From: Candidatus Zixiibacteriota bacterium
GTDB lineage: Bacteria; Zixibacteria; MSB-5A5; GN15; FEB-12
Assembly (NCBI GenBank): GCA_041742355.1
Contig: JBGSIV010000087.1
Span: forward strand, 1-25,259
Direction: 5' to 3'
Length of the DNA stretch: 25,259 nt
Under the pieces are notes generated by a model, which saw only the letters and a list, made by a program, of their open reading frames with translations, ran no database searches and was not told where the DNA came from. The position numbers were made by a program, and so were the translations under genes. Below are positions 18,794 through 25,259 of this stretch, one piece after another. Position 1 is the first letter of the stretch, and the number at the start of each line of letters is the position of its first letter.

Positions 18794-19317
18794 GCAGATT
18801 CCTCCTTGGTTGCAGTTCCGAATAGCCCCACAGGCGGCAGAGGAGGATCGCCGGAAACCCGTTCCTACAAGCGAAGGGGGCAGCGGGGGTTGGTCAAAAC
18901 TTGATCAGCGCAGGAGGGGGAATTCGGGACGATCGTTTCAGAGTGAAACACGGGAAGGGGAATGCGGCACAAAGTGTGAGGCGGATCCCGGTAACTGAAG
19001 CATCTTCACCGGAAGAGCCTGCTATTGTCCGGATGAAACGCCGGGCGTGCCCTGCAGTTGACCTCGCGTATCATGGATTACGCGGACAAGGCATTGGTCT
19101 TTGGAGCGTTACGCGGCCGGAGGGAGACCTGTGGACTGGGCAAGATTCGGGAACATGTCCCAGCACCTGTTGTTGTTTGGGAGTGATTGCGCCGCGCTGC
19201 TACCCGGCGCTTCGACATCTCTGCGACGCCCCGACGGATCAACGACACACCGCGACGAACGGATGCCGGGAGCGCACTGACACGAACCGTAGTCTGTGTC
19301 GCGTAAAGATGGGTTAG

Positions 19318-19839
19318 ATGAAATCGCGTGTTGCCGCCGGAATTATATGCGCCATGGTATTGGGAGTCTCCCCGGCCCTCGTGGCCCAAACAGCGCCGTC
19401 GGCTGCTTTCGCGACCGGGTGGGGGCCACACCTCGGACTGACGGTCAACCCCGATCAGTTCCACTTCGGCCTGCATCTGCAGTCGGGCGCCATCGGCACG
19501 GGCATCAGCTGGCGGCCGAATTTCGATCTGGGAATCGGCGATGGTGTGACGGTTGCGGCGGTGAATCTCGAAGTCATTCGCCGCTTCCCGGTTTCCCCAA
19601 ATGACTGGGCGCCGTTTGTCGGGGGAGGGATCGGCGCGAACTTCAACGAACACGACACTCCCCGTTACGCCGGCAACGCCGACGGCCTCGGCAGCAACTT
19701 CGAAACCGGCGTCGGCTTCAACCTCATTGCCGGTTTCGAGCGGAACCTGGGCGGCGAGAGCATTTTCGCCGAGGCACGGCTCGGCCTGATCGACGCTCCC
19801 GGGCTCAAGATCACGGTGGGCTGGACGATGTTTCGCTGA
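19318..19839 (+). CDS. Small outer-membrane beta-barrel protein, paralog 2
   Basis: Signal peptide. Aligns along its length to 17110-17619 (TGWGPH.G.TV.PDQ, PNFD.G.GD, DWAPF.GGG.GANF, GLIDAP.LK.TVGWT.F). Confidence 0.85.
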   Translation: MKSRVAAGIICAMVLGVSPALVAQTAPSAAFATGWGPHLGLTVNPDQFHFGLHLQSGAIGTGISWRPNFDLGIGDGVTVAAVNLEVIRRFPVSPNDWAPFVGGGIGANFNEHDTPRYAGNADGLGSNFETGVGFNLIAGFERNLGGESIFAEARLGLIDAPGLKITVGWTMFR

Positions 19840-20014
19840 GCCCCGCGCCACTCCCGTCAGTCCTCGACAATCCCACTCCTGATGTCATCCGACCGCACGT
19901 ATCATTCTTGGAGCCGCATCATCTTCTTCATGCAGTCCCCTTCACGTCCGGTGAATCGCCTCGCACGGCGGCGGGTAACCATGCATGGCAGGGATCATTC
20001 TTATCGGAGGACAC

Positions 20015-20878
20015 ATGGCCGAAAATAGAGGCAAACAGGAATTCCCCACCCAGCACCAGCCGCGCCCCGGTTCCGAACACAAGATGGAGCCGAAGCCAAA
20101 GGTCAAGGGGGAGTGGTACAAGGGGAGCGGAAAACTTCAGGGGAAGGTCGCTCTTATCACGGGCGCCGATTCGGGGATCGGCCGTTCGGTGGCGATTTTC
20201 TACGCCCGCGAGGGGGCCGATGTTGCGATCGTCTACTACAGCGAGGACCAGGATGCCGAGGACACGAAGCGGATGGTCGAAGAAGAGGGCAGGCGATGCC
20301 TGCTGATCAAGGGGAATGTCGGCGACCCCCAGTTGAGCGCCGACGCGGTCAAGCGCACCACGCAGATGCTGGGTCGGCTCGATATTCTCGTCAATAACGC
20401 CGCGCACCAGCATGTCCAGAAGGATCTCGAAACGCTGACCGAGGAGGACCTCGAAACGACTTTCCGCACGAATGTCTTCGGCTACTTTCATATGGCCAAG
20501 GAGGCGGTCAAGCACTTCAGCGAGGGGGGGTGCATTATCAACACGGCATCCGTGACAGCGTACAAAGGCTCGCCGCACCTGATCGACTACTCGGCCACCA
20601 AGGGGGCGATAGTTGCCATGACCCGCACGCTCTCCCTCGTGTTGGCCGAGCGCGGCATTCGGGTCAATGCGGTCGCCCCCGGCCCGATCTGGACGCCGCT
20701 AATCGTCTCAAGTTACCCGACGGAGAAGATCAGCGAGTTCGGCAAAGACACGCCGCTCGGCCGCGCGGGGCATCCGGAGGAGGTCGCGCCGGCGTTTGTG
20801 TACCTGGCGTCGCGGGATTCCTCGTACATGACCGGGCAGGTGCTGCATCCGAATGGGGGTATGCCGGTGAGCAGTTAA
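20015..20878 (+). CDS. SDR oxidoreductase, YghA/YdaD(YhdF)-like general-stress subfamily
   Basis: Q..PG.E..M.P.P N-terminus; TGADSGIG; NNA; YSATK; VNAVAPGPIWTP. RBS GGAGG precedes ATG 20015. Confidence 0.93.
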   Translation: MAENRGKQEFPTQHQPRPGSEHKMEPKPKVKGEWYKGSGKLQGKVALITGADSGIGRSVAIFYAREGADVAIVYYSEDQDAEDTKRMVEEEGRRCLLIKGNVGDPQLSADAVKRTTQMLGRLDILVNNAAHQHVQKDLETLTEEDLETTFRTNVFGYFHMAKEAVKHFSEGGCIINTASVTAYKGSPHLIDYSATKGAIVAMTRTLSLVLAERGIRVNAVAPGPIWTPLIVSSYPTEKISEFGKDTPLGRAGHPEEVAPAFVYLASRDSSYMTGQVLHPNGGMPVSS

Positions 20879-20911
20879 GGTTTTCGACATCTCGCAGTGA
20901 GCACTCTTTAG

Positions 20912-20942
20912 GGCGTCAGGCGCAAATGCCTGGCGCCTTTTT
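20912..20942 (+). terminator. Intrinsic terminator
   Basis: GGCGTCAGGC-N6-GCCTGGCGCC followed by TTTTT. Confidence 0.85.
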
Positions 20943-21031
20943 GTGTCAATTGGCTTCTCCTAAGCTATTATCATGGAACAGCTTTCTGTGATTGCGCGGT
21001 AATACTCCCGATAGATCCACCCGTCCCAATG

Positions 21032-21070
21032 GTAAATTTACTTGACATCATGTAAAGTTTTCTTTACTTA
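21032..21070 (+). promoter_or_regulatory. Promoter with overlapping palindromic operator (probable XRE autoregulation)
   Basis: TTGACA at 21042-21047. Perfect inverted repeat GTAAAG-TTTT-CTTTAC (21052-21067) in the spacer/-10 region. Second palindrome GTAAATTTAC at 21032-21041. Confidence 0.7.
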
Positions 21071-21113
21071 CGGTCGAGACAATCAACGACTCGAAACCCT
21101 TGTCGGAGACACG

Positions 21114-21332
21114 TTGAAGACGAACCTGCGAAAATACCGTTTTGAACGCGGCGAACTCAGCCAGCAGCAGTTGGCCGACATGGTGCGTGTTTCCCGCCAG
21201 ACGATCGTATCGATCGAGCGGGGGGATTACAGCCCGTCAGTGAAGCTCGCGCTGCTGCTGGCCCACAAGCTGGATACGTCCGTGGAACAGCTCTTCCAAT
21301 TGGAGGAAGGTGACTATGATCAATCGCGATAA
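21114..21332 (+). CDS. XRE/Cro-C1 family HTH transcriptional regulator
   Basis: NLRKYR...LSQQQLA..V.VSRQTIVSIERG.Y.PS..LAL..A......VEQLF. TTG start at 21114 after GGAG. Confidence 0.92.
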   Translation: MKTNLRKYRFERGELSQQQLADMVRVSRQTIVSIERGDYSPSVKLALLLAHKLDTSVEQLFQLEEGDYDQSR

Positions 21333-22614
21333 GATCTTCTGGTTCGCGTGCGCCCTGTCGGCCGCCGGTCTGGCTCTCGCGCTCCTGGGCTACGATGTCG
21401 CCTTGCTGCTATTTGTAGCCGCTTACCTGTTGCGCCCGGCGCTTCACGAGTTCGGTGTGGCGAGGCAGTACGCCGATGAACGTCAGTTGACGATTCACGC
21501 CCGTTCGGGCAACATCGCCTTAATCATTGTCGTCCTCGCCGCGGTTGGTCTCGCTCTCTGGCGCGTTGCGCGGGGAGAACAACCGGAAGACCTCTACATG
21601 CTGATCGCGGTCGCTCTGGCGGCCCGCGCGATTACCGGTCTCGTGATGAACGGCGACTACCGACGGGCCGGTGCGGTCATTCTCGGCGCTGTCGGTCTCT
21701 TCGCCGCCGCGTTCGTGCTGATGGATATCGGGCTGTCGGTCACCGGGATTCTCGTGGCGCTGGCTATTGTGGGGGTCTTTCTCGGGTTTGGTTGGCTTGG
21801 ACGGCGGTTCCCGTTAACGGGCGCTGTGATCCTTCTCCTCTTTGCGCTGGTTGCTGTGGCGCGATTCGGGCTGCTGGATTTTCGGTCTGCTTCGCTCGGG
21901 GTGTGGCTCCTCCTCATCGCTCCGCTGGTTATTGCCGCGACCTGTCTGCTGGTCGGCCGATTTGGCGGCGACGACGGCATCTCACCGCGCACTCGGACGA
22001 TCGTCTTCGGTACGCTCGCGTTCGGGGCCGCGGTAATTGTCACCATCTCCCTGCTCATGGCCGCCGATCATGACCGCCGGAATCCCCCCGGAAGTTCTGC
22101 TGCCCTGCCGGAGGGAGAAGTTCGAGATGTACAGGGGATCCCCTGTACCGGGCAACTCGAGTACTATCCGAACGGCTCACTCAAGTTCTGTACGCTCGCC
22201 CGCGAGGATACGCTCTCCGGACAACCGCTGGCCGCCGGCACTATGGTTCACTTTGATGAACAGGGGTTTGTCGACTGGTGCTTTCTGCAAGAGAACACGC
22301 GCATCCAGGGGCACTTCTGCCGCGGCGAGGGGCACGGTTTCCAGACGGGGTTTCATCCCAACGGACAGATAGAACTGGCGTGGCTGGTCGAGGAAGAGGA
22401 GATCGACGGTGTGCCGTGTGCGAAGTTCAGTTTCTTCTCCGATGTCCTGGGCGGTCCGTCGGGTGTCCATTTCCATGAGAACGGGAGGCTCAAGTCGTGC
22501 AAGCTCTCGCGCCAGTTCACGATTGAAGAACGGACATTTGAGAAGGGGGATCGGGTGCAGTTCGATTCTGAGGGCAGGCTGGTGGTGGAAACAACGGCGA
22601 CCGCGGCACGCTGA
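21316..22614 (+). CDS. Multi-pass membrane protein with C-terminal MORN-variant/YwqK-like repeats
   Basis: Overlaps the XRE stop. About 9 hydrophobic segments including a DER motif, then repeats YYPNGSLKFC, FHPNGQI, FHENGRLKSC and FDSEGRL. Confidence 0.8.
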   Translation: MINRDKIFWFACALSAAGLALALLGYDVALLLFVAAYLLRPALHEFGVARQYADERQLTIHARSGNIALIIVVLAAVGLALWRVARGEQPEDLYMLIAVALAARAITGLVMNGDYRRAGAVILGAVGLFAAAFVLMDIGLSVTGILVALAIVGVFLGFGWLGRRFPLTGAVILLLFALVAVARFGLLDFRSASLGVWLLLIAPLVIAATCLLVGRFGGDDGISPRTRTIVFGTLAFGAAVIVTISLLMAADHDRRNPPGSSAALPEGEVRDVQGIPCTGQLEYYPNGSLKFCTLAREDTLSGQPLAAGTMVHFDEQGFVDWCFLQENTRIQGHFCRGEGHGFQTGFHPNGQIELAWLVEEEEIDGVPCAKFSFFSDVLGGPSGVHFHENGRLKSCKLSRQFTIEERTFEKGDRVQFDSEGRLVVETTATAAR

Positions 22615-22653
22615 TTATGCAGATCGGGAGGCCTTGTTGTCGAAGTCGAGCGT

Positions 22654-23133
22654 CTACTTCTTCACGGGCAGGGTGACTTTGCGGCCGCAGACTGATCCAC
22701 GGAGGATATAGGAGCCGCGGTAGAACTCGTCGCCGAACTTGAGCGGGTCGTTCATCGTGACCTTGTAGTACCCTCGGCGGAGGTACCGGGCCATGAGCGG
22801 CATATCCGGGCGCGTTCCTTCGAGAAAGAACAGGGTGACGGTGGCGAAACAGGTGTCTTCGCGGACGATGAACTCCAGCGACGGCGCGTAGGCGGCCGGG
22901 TTGACATCATCGGTCCGCACGAAGATCGAGTCCTTGCGGTCGGCCCGGATGATCGTGTAGAGCGAGTCGGCGTAGATTATCTGCGGCTCAACCCAGACGA
23001 CATCGTAGTAGCCTCGGGTCACCGCGGGCTGGTCGTAGACCGGGTCCGGCGGCCGCTGGCAGCCGGAGATCACAAGGGTGATGAGGATGATCGCAGCGAG
23101 TAAGAGTAACACGAAACGCGTGGATGTGCTCAT
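22654..23133 (-). CDS. Hypothetical lipoprotein with degenerate FlgD/CTD-like C-terminal domain
   Basis: LVISG-C lipobox. ATGA overlap with the upstream gene. Motifs L.RGYY.V and GSYILR. Confidence 0.7.
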   Translation of the reverse strand: MSTSTRFVLLLLAAIILITLVISGCQRPPDPVYDQPAVTRGYYDVVWVEPQIIYADSLYTIIRADRKDSIFVRTDDVNPAAYAPSLEFIVREDTCFATVTLFFLEGTRPDMPLMARYLRRGYYKVTMNDPLKFGDEFYRGSYILRGSVCGRKVTLPVKK

Positions 23134-23771
23134 GGCAGGTAGCTGACCTCCCGCCGAAACTCGGCATCTCCGGCCTTAACGCGGATCATGTAGTTGCCCC
23201 GTTTGTGCGGAATTGGCGGCTGGTAGGTGAACCAGTGGGTTCCCTCGCCGACAATCGTGTCCTTGACCATGACATCGACCGGCCGGCCCTTCAGGTCGAG
23301 CAGCTCGGCCACAATCGGGGTCGCCCCTCCATCCAGCTTAAGCCCCACCGAGAATGGATGCGCCGAATCCATGGGGAGCAACTCGCTCTGCTTCTCCCAG
23401 GCCGAATACTGCACGGTCAGGTTTTCGTAATCCACTTTCAGGCAGTAGTCGACTTTCGCGCGGTACTTCCCGGACGGCACCCGGGCGCCGGAGTCATCGC
23501 GTTTGTCCCAGTAGAAATTGTAGTAGCCCGGGGAGGCGAGGAATTCGATGAGGTTTCGGACCACGCGGTTGGAATCATCGTAGATGACGATTTTCATCCG
23601 GCAGTTCTGGGTGTTTTCGGCGGCGGCCCAGACGCGCAGGCGGTCCGCCTCGGCCGAGTCGCTCGGGCGAAGCTGCAGGCCCTCAACGGTCTGGGATCGC
23701 GCTGGACCCGCAATCGAGAGCAGGCCAACCGCAATGAGGGCAGAGAGGATGTACGGCACGGCTCTTCTCAT
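23130..23771 (-). CDS. Secreted protein made of two FlgD-Ig/T9SS-CTD-like domains
   Basis: Signal peptide from ATG 23771. Domains IVIYD..NRVVRNL......PGYYNFYWD.RDDSG..VPSGKY and LLDLKGRPV...GTH.......RGNYMIRVKAG. Confidence 0.8.
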   Translation of the reverse strand: MRRAVPYILSALIAVGLLSIAGPARSQTVEGLQLRPSDSAEADRLRVWAAAENTQNCRMKIVIYDDSNRVVRNLIEFLASPGYYNFYWDKRDDSGARVPSGKYRAKVDYCLKVDYENLTVQYSAWEKQSELLPMDSAHPFSVGLKLDGGATPIVAELLDLKGRPVDVMVKDTIVGEGTHWFTYQPPIPHKRGNYMIRVKAGDAEFRREVSYLP

Positions 23772-23872
23772 ATGCTGTATATATGTATACAAACGGAGAG
23801 GCTCAAGGAGAAAGATTATCTGCGTCCCTGACCGGTTGCGCCCGCCCTTTGCGGGGTATATCTTTGGTCTGT

Positions 23873-24463
23873 ATGCAAAATCCGTTGAGGGCATATCGGA
23901 CGTTTCTCGACCGACCAATCGATGGCGGCCGGGTGCTCGGCATGGTCATTGTGACTTTGGCGGTTTATGCCTATATGCTCCTGGTGTCGATTCCCAAGGT
24001 GATGGCGTTTTCCGGGGGGATGAAGTTGTTTGACATGCTTCCGGCGGGATATACCGTGGAGTATGCACGGGAGTTGCTGGAGCGGCTTGGCGTCGACGGT
24101 CGAAACGCTTACCTGACTCATCAGATTCCGGTGGACATGGTTTATCCGGCGCTTTTTGCCATTTCTTACTCGCTGTTGCTGGTTTGGGTGTTGCGGAAGG
24201 CGGCGGGGCGGACCAATTGGATCTTCTGGCTGTCGCTGTTGCCGGTGGGGGCGGGGTTGTTTGATTATTTGGAGAATGTCGGGATAATCGGGATGTTGTG
24301 GATGTTTCCGGAGATGCCCGCGACGCTGATTGTGGTTTCGAGCGGTTTTTCGGTGGTCAAGGCGGTGTTGACGACAGTGTTTTTTGTGGTGCTGATTGGG
24401 GGCGGGGTGGGGGCAGTGGTGCGAGGGAGGCGGGGTGGGAAGAAAACTCAGTCGTCATGTTGA
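23873..24463 (+). CDS. Hypothetical integral membrane protein
   Basis: FDM...GYT...A..LL..LG..GR..YL..QI..DM.YP pattern and FDYLEN; about 4 TM helices. The stop TGA lies inside the first repeat unit. Start uncertain (23873 vs 23783). Confidence 0.75.
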   Translation: MQNPLRAYRTFLDRPIDGGRVLGMVIVTLAVYAYMLLVSIPKVMAFSGGMKLFDMLPAGYTVEYARELLERLGVDGRNAYLTHQIPVDMVYPALFAISYSLLLVWVLRKAAGRTNWIFWLSLLPVGAGLFDYLENVGIIGMLWMFPEMPATLIVVSSGFSVVKAVLTTVFFVVLIGGGVGAVVRGRRGGKKTQSSC

Positions 24464-24537
24464 GCGGAGTCGAAGTATGGCGTACATTGGAGTCCGCGTG
24501 GTTCCCTCGTCACCCTTCGACTACGCTCAGGGTGACG
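24453..24537. repeat. CGTC-tagged palindromic doublet, unit 1 (85 bp)
   Basis: CGTCATGTTGAGCGGAGTCGAAGTATGGCG-N25-CGTCACCCTTCGACTACGCTCAGGGTGACG. Confidence 0.9.
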
Positions 24538-24559
24538 GTTAGCAGCCTCGTACCGATCC

Positions 24560-24618
24560 TCACCATCATCCTGAGCCCCATCACCATCATGCTGAGCCCC
24601 ATCACCGTCATGCTGAGC
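24560..24618 (+). repeat. 21-bp tandem repeat leading into unit 2
   Basis: TCACCATCATCCTGAGCCCCA / TCACCATCATGCTGAGCCCCA / TCACCGTCATGCTGAGC. Confidence 0.85.
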
Positions 24619-24690
24619 GTAGTCGAAGCATGGCGTAGTCTCGAGTCGGTGTAGTTCCCCCGTCACCCTTCGACTACGCTCAGGGTGACG
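24606..24690. repeat. CGTC-tagged palindromic doublet, unit 2 (85 bp)
   Basis: CGTCATGCTGAGCGTAGTCGAAGCATGGCG-N25-CGTCACCCTTCGACTACGCTCAGGGTGACG. Confidence 0.9.
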
Positions 24691-24700
24691 GTCAGGGATA

Positions 24701-24730
24701 TTCGGGTCAACCGGGTTCGGGTCAACCGGG
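24701..24730 (+). repeat. 15-bp tandem duplication
   Basis: TTCGGGTCAACCGGG x2, spanning the GIY-YIG stop codon. Confidence 0.85.
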
Positions 24731-25075
24731 TCCCGATTGATCAGTACTGTTGCGGCTCCTCAGCAGAGACAGCACAAAGTGCGACTGGTTCCGGCACTGA
24801 GACAGGCTGTGCAGCCCTTGGTAATCGCCGGCGATCAACGCCTCCTTTTTCACCCGAGACCAGCCCTTAATCTGGCGTTCGGCTTCGACTGCCTCGCGCA
24901 CGGTCGGAAACGATGTGCAGAATACCAATTGAACCGGAAGGCGTTTCGATGTGTAGCCGGGAAACGTACCTTCTACATGCTGTGAGAGCCGAACCTCGAT
25001 ATCACTGGAGCTGCCGGTGTTGTAGCTGTTGTCGCAGCACTTGAGAATGTAGACCCATGCGCCAGATCTTACCAC
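24722..25075 (-). CDS. Small standalone GIY-YIG nuclease (UPF0213/YhbQ-like)
   Basis: WVYILKC.D.SYNTG...DI..RL.QH..G...GYT..R.PV.LV......EA..AERQIKGWSR.KKEALI.GD. GTG start with GGAGG RBS. Confidence 0.9.
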   Translation of the reverse strand: MVRSGAWVYILKCCDNSYNTGSSSDIEVRLSQHVEGTFPGYTSKRLPVQLVFCTSFPTVREAVEAERQIKGWSRVKKEALIAGDYQGLHSLSQCRNQSHFVLSLLRSRNSTDQSGPG

Positions 25076-25131
25076 GATTTGTGTCCCTCCCCATGATCGA
25101 CTTTCCGCTTAATGTCGGCCATTCTTCCAGA

Positions 25132-25259
25132 CGTCATGCTGAGCGTAGTCGAAGCATGGCGTACATTGGAGTCCGCGTGGTTCCCCCGTCACCCTTCGAC
25201 TACGCTCAGGGTGACAGTTAACGGCCTCGTACCGATCCTCACCATCATCCTGAGCCCCA
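25132..25259. repeat. CGTC-tagged doublet unit 3 (25132-25216) plus flank; direct repeat of 24453-24580, running off the window end
   Basis: 128-bp ungapped match to 24453-24580 with 7 mismatches by manual comparison. Confidence 0.9.

Noticed and set aside
18964..18980. Sigma-54 promoter (CGGCACAAAGTGTGA)
   Set aside because: The -12 position is GA rather than GC and the site is about 340 nt from the next start, so it is too weak to call.
18901..19317. 138-aa ORF upstream of OM barrel paralog 2
   Set aside because: TTG start and non-protein-like composition; the region looks like a divergent promoter region.
21042..21113. N-terminal extension of the XRE ORF from TTG 21042
   Set aside because: That TTG is part of the TTGACA -35 box; family similarity and the RBS point to 21114.
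24298..24666. Small ORFs with repeated peptides (LSPITIM / GAQHDGD)
   Set aside because: These are translations of the 21-bp tandem and palindromic repeats, with no RBS support.
24453..25259. CRISPR array
   Set aside because: The 30-nt repeats alternate in orientation, the spacers are themselves repeated, spacing is irregular and there are no cas genes.

Overview
GC-rich bacterial chromosomal segment with about 21 credible CDSs, many of them secreted, lipoprotein or outer-membrane proteins. Paired Cys-flanked dockerin-like tails and FlgD/T9SS-CTD-like domains suggest an FCB-group organism such as Zixibacteria (inference only). Recognisable families: M1 aminopeptidase, DUF4328 membrane protein, bacteriohemerythrin, small McrA-type HNH endonuclease, NtrC-family sigma-54 response regulator, SDR oxidoreductase, XRE regulator, two paralogous small OM beta-barrels and a small GIY-YIG nuclease. 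I found no rRNA, tRNA, CRISPR array or transposase. The most striking structure is at the right end, where the GIY-YIG gene is bracketed by 85-bp CGTC-tagged palindromic doublets. These form a >=128-bp direct repeat on both sides, an architecture like REP/RAYT loci but with a GIY-YIG nuclease in place of the HuH transposase. Other candidates are a switch-like structured leader on the HNH gene, a heavily structured intergenic region at 4.45-4.67 kb, a recurrent sigma-28-like CCGA(T/C)A motif and cargo-less CTD-like proteins.
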